Source: Candidatus Binatia bacterium
GTDB lineage: Bacteria; Desulfobacterota; Binatia; Bin18
Length of the DNA: 64,000 nucleotides
Assembly (NCBI GenBank): GCA_963664395.2
Contig: OY761159.2
Coordinates: 2,272,001-2,336,000 of the forward strand
Reading direction: 5' to 3'
Under the pieces are notes generated by a model. That model was not told the origin of the DNA. It searched no databases and worked only from the letters and a program-made list of their open reading frames with translations. Of this stretch, positions 39,029 through 48,365 are shown piece after piece (the first letter of the stretch is position 1; the number at the start of each line of letters is the position of its first letter). Made by a program: the position numbers and the translations under genes.

Positions 39029-41722
39029 ATGACAGGGAACGAGATACGCGACAGCTTCCTGCAATTTTTTGCCGACCGGGGTCACCGGATTGTCCCGAGT
39101 GCGCCTCTGATTCCAGCCAACGACCCGACTCTGATGTTTACCAATGCCGGGATGGTGCCGTTCAAGAATATTTTTCTCGGGCTTGAGCGGCCGACCCACC
39201 AGCGTGTGGTTGATTCACAAAAATGTCTGCGCGTCTCCGGTAAGCATAACGATCTCGAAGAAGTTGGGCGCGATACGTACCATCACACCTTCTTTGAAAT
39301 GCTGGGGAATTGGTCGTTTGGCGATTACTACAAAAAGGAAGCCATCGGTTGGGCCTGGGAACTCCTGACCGAAGTCTGGAAGCTGCCTAAGCAGAAACTC
39401 TGGGCGACCGTCTATACGACGGACGACGAAGCGGACGAGTGGTGGCGCAAACAAACGGATATTGATCCACAACAGATTTTACGTTTTGCCGAAAAAGATA
39501 ATTTCTGGGAAATGGGCGAGCATGGCCCGTGTGGACCATGCTCGGAAATCCACATTGACCGTGGCCCGCAGGCCTGCGCGTTGGCGAACACGCCAGGTCA
39601 TACCTGTGCGGTCAACGGAGGCTGCCCGCGCTATATTGAGTTGTGGAATCTGGTGTTCATCCAATACAACCGGAATGCGGATCAATCTCTGGACGATCTG
39701 CCCGAGACGCATGTCGATACGGGCATGGGCTTGGAGCGGATTGTCTCTGTGCTCCAAGACGTGCCGGGCAATTATGACTCTGACCTGCTGCGCGACATCA
39801 TTACCTTTACCGAGGGATTGGGCGACAAGCGCTACGGCGATGAGAGTGAACAGGACGTTTCTTTTCGGGTGATTGCCGACCATGCGCGTACGGCAGCCTT
39901 TGCCATTGCCGATGGCGTGGTGCCGACCAACGAAGGCCGTGGCTATGTGCTGCGGCGGATTATGCGCCGCGCCTTACGCCACGGACGACTCCTGGGCTTT
40001 GAGGGGCCGTTTTTCTCTCAGGTCGCCGGCAGCGTGACGCAGCTCCTGGGCGTGGCCTACCCTGAGTTGGTTGAACGCCGGGACTATCTGACCGAGGTCA
40101 TACACAACGAGGAGATCCGTTTTTCGGAAACCTTGGACAGGGGCCTGGCCCTGCTCGAACAAGAAATCCACGATCTACGACAACGTCACACGACAACCTT
40201 GTCCGGCGAAACCGCCTTTCGGTTGTATGATACCTACGGCTTCCCGCTGGATATGACTGAGGATTTTCTGTCGTCCGAAGGCTTCAGCGTTGACCAGGAC
40301 GGATTTCAGCGTGCCATGGAAAATCAGCGTACGCGCGCGCGTGAGGGGCAAAAAGGCACGGTATATATCAGTGCCGGACTCACCGATTCGGATTTGCACT
40401 CTCGTTTTGTTGGCGACCGTCAGGCCGAACACGACTCCGAGGTGCTCGCGCTTTTGGTGGACGGACAGCCCCGTACAGACGCGGTCCGCGAAGGGGAAAG
40501 AGTTGACCTGATCGTTGCCGAGACGCCTTTTTATGGCGAGTCCGGCGGACAGGTTGGGGATACGGGGACGATACGGACGAGCCGTGGCGATCTCATCGAG
40601 GTGCTGGATACGCTCAAACCGCAGCCTTCACTCATCGTGCATAAAGGCCGGGTGGTGCAGGGCGCGGTGCAGACCGGGGATATCGTCCAGCTCAGTATTG
40701 ATGCACCTCGAAGAGAGGCCATCCGTTTGAACCATTCCGCAACGCATGTCATGCATTCCGCCCTGCGCGATATTTTAGGCTCCCATGTCCGGCAGGCAGG
40801 CTCATTGGTAACACCGGACCGACTCCGTTTCGACTTTACGCATACCAGTCCGGTCAAGGACGACGTACTCGAAGAAATTGAAGACCTGATTAACTTCCAT
40901 ATCCGTGACAATGCGGACGTGACCAGTGAAGAAATGTCCTTTACCGACGCAATACAAAAGGGTGCGTTGGCTTTCTTTGGCGAGAAGTATGGAGAGATCG
41001 TCCGGGTGTTACGGATGGGGGATTTCTCAACCGAACTGTGCGGCGGAACCCACGTGAGCCGGACCGGAGATGTGGGGCTGTTCAGATTTAAGGCCGAGAC
41101 AGGCGTGGCATCCGGTATCCGGCGGGTCGAGGCCGTCACTGGCGAGGGCGCCCTCAACTGGGTGCGTCAACGCGAGCGTGTGCTCAAGGACATGGGCAGC
41201 ATTCTGAAGGGGTCTGAGGAGGACGCACTCGAGCGCTTGGAAAAATTGCTGAGCCGGCAACACGAGCTTGAAAAACAACTCGACCAGCTTCAGGGTCAAC
41301 TCGCCGGCTCGCAAAGTGAGGCTATTGCCTCCCAAGTCCGCCAGACCCATGGGGTCAATGTCATCGCCAGTCGGGTCGAGGGCGTGGATAATAAAGCCCT
41401 CCGAGAGATGGCGGATACGCTGCGCGATAAGCACCAGCCGGCGGTTGTCGTCCTCGGAGCGACGAACGGGGCGAAAGTGTCGCTCTTGGCCGCGGTGAGT
41501 AGGGAGTTGGGTCAGCAGTATCACGCCGGAAACATTATCAAAGCGATCGCTCCGCTGGTTGGCGGCGGCGGGGGCGGGCGGCCCGATTTCGCCCAAGCCG
41601 GAGGAAAAGATCCGACGCGACTGGATGAAGCCCTCCAAAAGGTGTATGAGCTGATTGAAAAAGGTCTTGACCATTTTGAAGAAGGCGATGTCGATTCTAA
41701 GAAAATCCGAGTGATTCGGTAG
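39029..41722 (+). CDS. alaS: Alanine--tRNA ligase
   Basis: FTNAGMVPFK, HHTFFEMLGNWSFGDY, DTGMGLER, ELCGGTHV, GGGGRPDFAQAGG. Confidence 0.98.
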   Translation: MTGNEIRDSFLQFFADRGHRIVPSAPLIPANDPTLMFTNAGMVPFKNIFLGLERPTHQRVVDSQKCLRVSGKHNDLEEVGRDTYHHTFFEMLGNWSFGDYYKKEAIGWAWELLTEVWKLPKQKLWATVYTTDDEADEWWRKQTDIDPQQILRFAEKDNFWEMGEHGPCGPCSEIHIDRGPQACALANTPGHTCAVNGGCPRYIELWNLVFIQYNRNADQSLDDLPETHVDTGMGLERIVSVLQDVPGNYDSDLLRDIITFTEGLGDKRYGDESEQDVSFRVIADHARTAAFAIADGVVPTNEGRGYVLRRIMRRALRHGRLLGFEGPFFSQVAGSVTQLLGVAYPELVERRDYLTEVIHNEEIRFSETLDRGLALLEQEIHDLRQRHTTTLSGETAFRLYDTYGFPLDMTEDFLSSEGFSVDQDGFQRAMENQRTRAREGQKGTVYISAGLTDSDLHSRFVGDRQAEHDSEVLALLVDGQPRTDAVREGERVDLIVAETPFYGESGGQVGDTGTIRTSRGDLIEVLDTLKPQPSLIVHKGRVVQGAVQTGDIVQLSIDAPRREAIRLNHSATHVMHSALRDILGSHVRQAGSLVTPDRLRFDFTHTSPVKDDVLEEIEDLINFHIRDNADVTSEEMSFTDAIQKGALAFFGEKYGEIVRVLRMGDFSTELCGGTHVSRTGDVGLFRFKAETGVASGIRRVEAVTGEGALNWVRQRERVLKDMGSILKGSEEDALERLEKLLSRQHELEKQLDQLQGQLAGSQSEAIASQVRQTHGVNVIASRVEGVDNKALREMADTLRDKHQPAVVVLGATNGAKVSLLAAVSRELGQQYHAGNIIKAIAPLVGGGGGGRPDFAQAGGKDPTRLDEALQKVYELIEKGLDHFEEGDVDSKKIRVIR

Positions 41723-41754
41723 AACCTCCAAAAGGTGTATGAGCTGATTGAAAA
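41632..41754. repeat. 30-bp direct repeat of the alaS 3' end
   Basis: cctccaaaaggtgtatgagctgattgaaaa at 41632-41661 and 41725-41754. Confidence 0.92.
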
Positions 41755-41821
41755 GGGCGCATAAAGCGTACATCCGCTCTCCCAGAGATGCTGGGACGTT
41801 TACGCTTGTGACGGAGGCCGC

Positions 41822-42994
41822 TTGGTTGAAGTAGGACAGACGACAGCAGAAACGTCTCATATCGAGTTCGGCAATCAGCGTTTTTTACGCGATCTTCTTG
41901 GTCAGCATGATGCGCATCTGCGCGGCCTGGAGAACGCGCTCGGTGTGAAAATCTCAGCCTCGGGCAATGCCCTTATCATCGCCGGGGAGGAGTCACAGCG
42001 CGACTTGGCGGGTCGGGTGGCGACCCAACTGTACGATCTCATCCAACGCGGCTATCCCGTCTATCCGAGTGATGTGGATTACGCGATCCGCATCCTCAGC
42101 CGTGACCATGCTGCCAATCTTCAGGATATTTTTCTCGACACAGTCTACGTATCGTCCAACCACCGGACTATTACGCCCAAGAGTCTCGCTCAGAAAGCCT
42201 ACATCGATGCTATCCGCAACTACGATATCGTATTCGGTATCGGGCCGGCTGGCACCGGGAAAACGTATTTGGCGATGGCGGTGGCGGTTGCTGAACTCAT
42301 GAAACGTAAAGTGAGTCGGGTTGTCCTCACCCGGCCGGCCGTTGAGGCTGGGGAGAAGCTGGGTTTTCTGCCAGGCGATCTGGCCGAAAAAATTAATCCC
42401 TATTTGCGGCCTTTGTATGACGCCCTGCACGATATGGTTGACTTTGGCCGCGCGCAAAAAATGATTGAGCGCGGCGTGATTGAAGTGGCTCCGCTGGCAT
42501 TTATGCGGGGCCGGACGCTCAATGACTCCTTTGTCATATTGGATGAAGCCCAGAATACGACCCGTGAGCAAATGAAAATGTTTCTCACCCGGCTTGGCTA
42601 TGGGTCGAAAGCCGTGATCACCGGCGATATTACCCAAGTCGATCTCCCCACCGGAACCCGCTCAGGATTAAAAGAGGCCCAGCATATTCTGCGCGATATC
42701 GACGGGATCAAATTTGCGCTCTTTACGGAAAAAGATGTAGTCCGCCATCGTCTTGTCCAAGATGTCATTGTCGCCTATGAACGCGCCCAAGAAGCCCAAG
42801 AGCTCCGCAACCAAGAAAGCCGGGAACTCCGCCGCAGCCGTCTTCAGGCCCGGTCTGACCGTAGACATCAGCGGCACAGTCCCGAGCCTGAGTCGGACCG
42901 AGATCCGGCGCTGGAGCCGAATGATCCTGCGTCATCTGAAGCTGAAACAGGCCGAGCTGAGTCTGGCTTTCGTGACGGACCAGACGATCCATGA
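41822..42994 (+). CDS. PhoH family ATPase (YbeZ-like)
   Basis: GPAGTGKT, RPAVEAGEKLGFLPG, MRGRTL, DEAQN, GDITQVDLP; start uncertain. Confidence 0.95.
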   Translation: MVEVGQTTAETSHIEFGNQRFLRDLLGQHDAHLRGLENALGVKISASGNALIIAGEESQRDLAGRVATQLYDLIQRGYPVYPSDVDYAIRILSRDHAANLQDIFLDTVYVSSNHRTITPKSLAQKAYIDAIRNYDIVFGIGPAGTGKTYLAMAVAVAELMKRKVSRVVLTRPAVEAGEKLGFLPGDLAEKINPYLRPLYDALHDMVDFGRAQKMIERGVIEVAPLAFMRGRTLNDSFVILDEAQNTTREQMKMFLTRLGYGSKAVITGDITQVDLPTGTRSGLKEAQHILRDIDGIKFALFTEKDVVRHRLVQDVIVAYERAQEAQELRNQESRELRRSRLQARSDRRHQRHSPEPESDRDPALEPNDPASSEAETGRAESGFRDGPDDP

Positions 42995-43301
42995 GCTGAA
43001 TCGTCAGTATCGGAACAAAGACAAGCCGACTGACGTGTTGTCGTTTCCGCTGGCCGACGAAGTCTGTCCGACTCTTTTGGGAGATGTCGTCATCTCGATT
43101 GACACCGCCCGTCGGCAGGCCCGGCAGCGCAAACGCGCCTTTGCCGACGAACTGCGCGCCTTGCTCATCCATGGTATTCTGCACCTGCTCGGCTACGACC
43201 ACGAAGTGTCGGACAGCGAAGCCGTCCGCATGCGCCGAAAAGAACGTGAGCTGAAGGCCCTGTTGCAGCAATCTGGCGATGTAGGTCGAATCGCGTCCTG
43301 A
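42921..43301 (+). CDS. ybeY: rRNA maturation RNase YbeY (start uncertain)
   Basis: LNRQYRNKDKPTDVLSF, LGDVVIS, HGILHLLGYDH. Confidence 0.93.
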   Translation: MILRHLKLKQAELSLAFVTDQTIHELNRQYRNKDKPTDVLSFPLADEVCPTLLGDVVISIDTARRQARQRKRAFADELRALLIHGILHLLGYDHEVSDSEAVRMRRKERELKALLQQSGDVGRIAS

Positions 43302-43328
43302 TGGACAAAGAACAGGAGACGTTTTTGT

Positions 43329-44201
43329 ATGGGCATCCTGGTAGACATTTTTGACGAAGAGAGGCATCACCTCTCTGAGAAGATTGGGGACAGTCCCCCT
43401 GAAAAGGCTGCACGTATAATCCGAGATTTTTTGGGTAAACTTCCGGCCAAGTATGAGGAAAAAAGTGACCTGACATTGAACGAGAGGCGCCGTCTCGGGT
43501 TTCTCATTGATCTGCTGCAAGAAACCGCCTCCCTCCTTGTTGTTCACACCGCCGAACTCGCACCATCGAGTCATCCGACCCGATATACCTCCGGGCCTCA
43601 AAAGATAGCTCAGCTCGTTCTTTTTGCCCTGCTTGCCGGTGGGTTGGTTGCAATAGGTGCGTTTTCGGCAGTATTGCTCTTGTTGCTGCTGATCATCGCG
43701 ACGTTGCCACTGAAGCTGATCCCTCATCCTGATAAATGGCTTTCGGCTCTTCTGTCGTCTGCGTCTACAGCCGCCTCAGGCCCTTCCTCCCAAGCCGAGA
43801 GGCCGGAAGTACGCGTCAATCCTGGCCCTATGCTCATTGAATTAAGGAAAATCATACAAAAGGCGGAGACATTGCTTGAGGATGAAAAAGACGAGCCAGA
43901 ACCTGAGCCAGCCTACCCCATACATGAAGCAAAAGATTTGCTCCATTTTTTCCAAAACCTTTTGGAAGCTGCACAATTCAAGGATGCGGAGTTTGCCCTG
44001 AAATCGGTACGCAGCCTGAAACGCTTACTACTTGAGCAAAACATACAGATCGAAGACTACAAGGAAGGACAAAACGATTCCCATTTCAGCTTTATGCCGG
44101 GTGGGGGTGAGCGTCGTCAGACGCAGAAGCTCGCACTGGTCAATACGGAAGGACGGGTATTAGTGCGAGGCATTGTGCTTGAGGCTTCGGAAAACAGGTA
44201 G
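43329..44201 (+). CDS. Hypothetical membrane protein with a GrpE-like C-terminal domain
   Basis: AGGAG RBS; central hydrophobic hairpin; ends LLEQNIQIEDY.EG...F.....TQKLALVNTEGRVLVRGIV. Confidence 0.6.
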   Translation: MGILVDIFDEERHHLSEKIGDSPPEKAARIIRDFLGKLPAKYEEKSDLTLNERRRLGFLIDLLQETASLLVVHTAELAPSSHPTRYTSGPQKIAQLVLFALLAGGLVAIGAFSAVLLLLLLIIATLPLKLIPHPDKWLSALLSSASTAASGPSSQAERPEVRVNPGPMLIELRKIIQKAETLLEDEKDEPEPEPAYPIHEAKDLLHFFQNLLEAAQFKDAEFALKSVRSLKRLLLEQNIQIEDYKEGQNDSHFSFMPGGGERRQTQKLALVNTEGRVLVRGIVLEASENR

Positions 44202-44304
44202 CTCCTCGTAACGAGTTCCATACATCTGACACAAAACACTGCCTATCACCTTGGGAAAACTGTCGTCGTAAAAAGGTACATTAGCAAAGGAAGATCTGCG
44301 CATT

Positions 44305-46320
44305 ATGTCTACATATACTCCGATGAAGAAAAATCAGACAATCACGCCTGCTGAAATCATTGGCTTTGACCTTGGCCACGCCGAAACAGCGGCAACTATA
44401 ACAAAGCTGGGCGCTACAACAGAGCCCCAACCCTTGGAAATCCAGGGGAATATGAATCCAATCATAACCGCTGTCGCCGAAGACGGAGAGGGAAATGTAC
44501 GGATCGGAGAAGAAGCGTACCGAAGCAGGAACTCGAAAAGCCTGAAAATCATGTTCAAGAGTCCGAAGCTGGATGACCCTGAAACACGTACGCCTATACA
44601 ACTTTTTGTCCAGAAAATCGTCAATCTATGGTTGGAGGGTAACCACATCGAAGGAGGTAACGATAGTCTGTTTATTGTGGGTTGTCCCTCTGGGTGGAGT
44701 GGTCAAGCACGGAAGATGTATGAAGACCTGTTGCGAGACGCGGGCATGAAACAGGTACGAGTTGAACGTGAATCTCGCGGCGCCTTTCTGGCCGCTAGAA
44801 ACAGCGGAGAGGCTAATCTTAAAGTTTCAGCAGAGACGCTTTCTGGCTCGATTCTCGTTGTGGACATGGGTTCTTCCACGACCGATTTTACACATATAGT
44901 CAACCTGGAGGAGAAGCCTGAAGACTTTGGCAGCAACATCCTTGGGGCCGGCATTATCGACCAAATAATCTTCGAGAAATGGCGCAGTGCTCAGACTGCT
45001 GAAATCACTACAATGCTCAAAGAGGAGCCCTCCCTAGAGGCACGGTGCTTGCTTGAGTGCCGCAAATTGAAAGAATCATTTTTCAATTCTAATATGACGG
45101 ACGATCCCATCTATCAGACTGAGAGAATCTTCGGACCCGAGGGTAGGTCGTTTCTGTTTGAGATGTTGCTGAAGAACAGTGTGGTGGACGAAGTCCTATC
45201 CACGCCGATTGGCGAATTTCTCCAACAACCCAACGTAGAGTTACATAAACTCGGCTGGCAGGATGCCTTTCGGAAGGTATTACAAGACGTGCAGAAGCAA
45301 ACCGCAGACAATCCGCCCCAACTGATCCTGCTGACGGGGGGAGCTTCCAGAATGTCGTTCGTCTTAAGGTGCTGTGAAGAGGTATTCCCTTCGGCAAAAG
45401 TCAAGCGAGGAACGTCGCCGCAGTACACCATCGCCCGGGGGCTTGCCCTAGCAGGTCGGACAGGTAACAAGCTGGAACAGTTTCGTAGTGACATTCAGGA
45501 CATTTTCGCGTCGGATAAACTACGAAAAGTGCTGAGAGAGGAATCTGAAAGGGATGAGGGTTCGCCCCTTGATCACTTGATGGCCGATATTGCTGTTTTT
45601 GTTGTCTATGAGCTGTCGAACAATATCATCCTTCCGACCTTTGTTGAATGGAGGGAGGGGCGCATTTCGACCCTGAATCGTCTGGACAGAGAAATTAAAA
45701 AACGTTCGCGTTCTTTCCTTGAGGGATTAAGCGGGGCCGGCTCGCAAGAATTAGAAGATGAGGTCGTGAAACCTTGGCTTGAAGAATATGTCAGACCGGC
45801 AGTCGAAAGGTTAATCGAGCCAATTTGCAAAAAAGCCGGTATTCCGGTCTCGGAACTTAACCTTTCCCCTGATTTTGTTCCACCGTCTGTCAATGTGGCA
45901 GGACATTCGGACATAAATCCGCTTGAAGATATAGATACACTGGGCACCATGACCGCGGTCATCGGATCAATCATTATTGCCACCCTGCTCGGTGGCGGTG
46001 GAACCGCCCTGTTATTTGCCGGTCCTCTCGGATGGATCATCGGACTCGTCATCGGTGCTGTTGCCACATTCGTGAGCAAAGAGTTTGCAATGGACACAAT
46101 TAAGGATTCCGACGTTCCGACATTTCTCCGTAAAATGATGACCTCCGAAGAAACTGTTCAAGAGAAATTGAAGGAGAACGAAGAGGAACTGCACGGTCAG
46201 ATTTTCGAGGCCCTACAAAAAAAAGCCGACGCTTTTGACGACCTACTTGAAAGCATTGCTAAAGGGACAGAAGCTGACCTGAAGGAAAAGGCAGAGAAAG
46301 CGGAAATGCTGATCAAATAA
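44305..46320 (+). CDS. Divergent Hsp70-family ATPase (NBD only) with a helical C-terminus and membrane hairpin
   Basis: GFDLGHAET, VGCPSGW, RESRGA, VVDMGSSTTD, LGAGIID, LLTGGASRM, IARGLA match the DnaK NBD motifs in order. Confidence 0.85.
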   Translation: MSTYTPMKKNQTITPAEIIGFDLGHAETAATITKLGATTEPQPLEIQGNMNPIITAVAEDGEGNVRIGEEAYRSRNSKSLKIMFKSPKLDDPETRTPIQLFVQKIVNLWLEGNHIEGGNDSLFIVGCPSGWSGQARKMYEDLLRDAGMKQVRVERESRGAFLAARNSGEANLKVSAETLSGSILVVDMGSSTTDFTHIVNLEEKPEDFGSNILGAGIIDQIIFEKWRSAQTAEITTMLKEEPSLEARCLLECRKLKESFFNSNMTDDPIYQTERIFGPEGRSFLFEMLLKNSVVDEVLSTPIGEFLQQPNVELHKLGWQDAFRKVLQDVQKQTADNPPQLILLTGGASRMSFVLRCCEEVFPSAKVKRGTSPQYTIARGLALAGRTGNKLEQFRSDIQDIFASDKLRKVLREESERDEGSPLDHLMADIAVFVVYELSNNIILPTFVEWREGRISTLNRLDREIKKRSRSFLEGLSGAGSQELEDEVVKPWLEEYVRPAVERLIEPICKKAGIPVSELNLSPDFVPPSVNVAGHSDINPLEDIDTLGTMTAVIGSIIIATLLGGGGTALLFAGPLGWIIGLVIGAVATFVSKEFAMDTIKDSDVPTFLRKMMTSEETVQEKLKENEEELHGQIFEALQKKADAFDDLLESIAKGTEADLKEKAEKAEMLIK

Positions 46321-46391
46321 ACAGATTGGAGGAGGGGCATCCATGACTCGCCCCGTCCTGTCTTCGATCATTTCTTCACACTTTGAACTCT

Positions 46392-46643
46392 TTAGAGCAG
46401 CGTGGACAGACTGCGGTATTGTCCACGCTGATTCCCTTCCCAAAACCGATGAGTCCGAACAGGACCATCCCTGTAACGGGTGTCAGGGCCAATCCGAACA
46501 AAAGTATAGTCGATGATATGTCCAAATGAGCCTACCAGCCAGCCCAGCGCAGAACCGAAGCCCACTCCTACCAATTTCCACCTGAACCTCCATTTGATCC
46601 AAACCATTCCTCGGCAGTGTGGACAGTGAATGTTTCTGGCCAT
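46392..46643 (-). CDS. Small hypothetical protein (CPHC knuckle + hydrophobic segment)
   Basis: AAGGAG upstream; MARNIHCPHCRG...LVGVGFGSALGWLVG; may be a remnant. Confidence 0.45.
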   Translation of the reverse strand: MARNIHCPHCRGMVWIKWRFRWKLVGVGFGSALGWLVGSFGHIIDYTFVRIGPDTRYRDGPVRTHRFWEGNQRGQYRSLSTLL

Positions 46644-46772
46644 TCCCCAAGGCTCTCCTTCCTTTATCTCGACCAGTCCGATGAAAGATACCGGCTTCCG
46701 GCTTCTGCTGGAATAATGAGGGGTCGGTGCGGCCTTTCCAGGCTGGGAGAGGCAGGCTAGGCTGCGGTCTGT

Positions 46773-48365
46773 ATGCAGCGCCTGCAGCCCGTTCTGCTAG
46801 CCATTGTGAGTGGTGTTCTGCTCGCTCTGGCCTTCCCGAAAGTCGATTGGAATATTCTGGCCTGGGTCGCCTTTATCCCGCTGCTCTGGGTTACGCAGGG
46901 GCAGACGTTGCGGCGTGCCTTTAGTCTCGGCTGGATTGCCGGTATGGGGTTCTATTTATGTACGCTGTATTGGATCGTGGGTACCATTGGCCTGTACAGC
47001 AATATCCCTCACCTCATTGCTGTTGGTCCGCTGCTGCTCATGTGCGCCATTCTCTCGACCTATACCGGAATCTTTGCTGCTGGACTGTGCCTCTATCAAA
47101 ACAAGAGTCCGCACAACGGGGGTTCGTTTATCTTCTTGTTGGGACCTGCCCTCTGGGTTGCTTTGGAATGGGTGCGCTCTTTCTTTTTTATTGGTTTTCC
47201 CTGGGTCAGTCTGGGCTATTCTCAATATAATTTCTTAAACCTGATTCAGTTTGTTGAATTCACCGGCATGTATGGCCTGTCGGCGCTGGTGATATGTGGC
47301 AATATGGTTCTCTTCAGCGTGCTCTCTCGCCGGGGGTCTGGCCGTGGCCGGGTGCTGCTGGTCTTCCTCCTCATTGTTGCCGGACTCTGGGGCTGGGGGG
47401 GCTGGCGTCGCCATCAATTGGCGGCACTGCCTCAGACGCATACGCTGAACATTGGGATTGCCCAGGGGAATATTGCCCAAAACAAAAAATGGGCCCCTGA
47501 CTACCAGGAGACCACTATCGCGCGCTATGAGCAGTTGACCCGGCAGATAGCGGAACAGAACGTCGATCTGGTCGTCTGGCCGGAGGCGTCAGTGCCATTT
47601 TTCTTTCAATCTGATGTGACCTATCGCGGACGACTGCTTGACCTTGCTCAAGAGACCAGGACGCCTCTCCTGTTTGGGAGTCCGGCCTTTCGAGCCAGGG
47701 GAACGGAACTCAGGCTCTTTAACCGTGTCTATCTCTTATCCCCAGATACCTCCATTCTGGGGCACTATGACAAAATTATTCTTACCCCCTTTGGAGAATA
47801 TATTCCGTTTCAGGACAGCCTGCTTTTTTTTCTGGACAAATTGGTCGAAGGGATTGGAGACTTTGTGCCGGGCACAACGCCGACTATTTTTTCGCTGCCC
47901 TTTGGGACCTTCGGCGTCCTGATTTGCTATGAAGGCGTATTCCCGGACTTAGCGCGTCGCTTTGTTCGGAATGGCGCGACGCTGCTCATAAACGTCACCA
48001 ACGATGCTTGGTTTGGAGAGACCTCAGCCCCGTATCAACATCTGGCAATGGCGGCCATGCGGGCAGTCGAGAATCGTGTGCCCCTGGTGCGATCCGCAAA
48101 TACCGGGATTTCAGCCATTGTGAACATTGATGGCCAGATTCAGGCCCAAACGGACCTTTTGGAGACGACCTTTATCGCCGAATCGCTCGCCTGGCCCCAA
48201 GTAACATCTATCTATACCCAGTATGGTGATTGGTTCGTGGCGTTGTGCGTCGTAGGTGCCCTGGTTATGCTAGGCTACTCATGGGTGACAGCCTATGTGC
48301 CCTCGTCCGCGGGGCGAAACGGAGGAATCGGGAATGCTCGTAGAAATAAAAGAGAAGCTGAATGA
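46773..48365 (+). CDS. lnt: Apolipoprotein N-acyltransferase
   Basis: Multi-TM N-terminus, GFPW, QGNI, WPE, PFGEY, ICYE, TNDAWFG, RSANTGIS. Confidence 0.96.
   Translation: MQRLQPVLLAIVSGVLLALAFPKVDWNILAWVAFIPLLWVTQGQTLRRAFSLGWIAGMGFYLCTLYWIVGTIGLYSNIPHLIAVGPLLLMCAILSTYTGIFAAGLCLYQNKSPHNGGSFIFLLGPALWVALEWVRSFFFIGFPWVSLGYSQYNFLNLIQFVEFTGMYGLSALVICGNMVLFSVLSRRGSGRGRVLLVFLLIVAGLWGWGGWRRHQLAALPQTHTLNIGIAQGNIAQNKKWAPDYQETTIARYEQLTRQIAEQNVDLVVWPEASVPFFFQSDVTYRGRLLDLAQETRTPLLFGSPAFRARGTELRLFNRVYLLSPDTSILGHYDKIILTPFGEYIPFQDSLLFFLDKLVEGIGDFVPGTTPTIFSLPFGTFGVLICYEGVFPDLARRFVRNGATLLINVTNDAWFGETSAPYQHLAMAAMRAVENRVPLVRSANTGISAIVNIDGQIQAQTDLLETTFIAESLAWPQVTSIYTQYGDWFVALCVVGALVMLGYSWVTAYVPSSAGRNGGIGNARRNKREAE

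Noticed and set aside
44305-46320. Housekeeping dnaK
   Set aside because: Divergent motifs, no substrate-binding domain, a membrane hairpin, and no dnaJ/hrcA context
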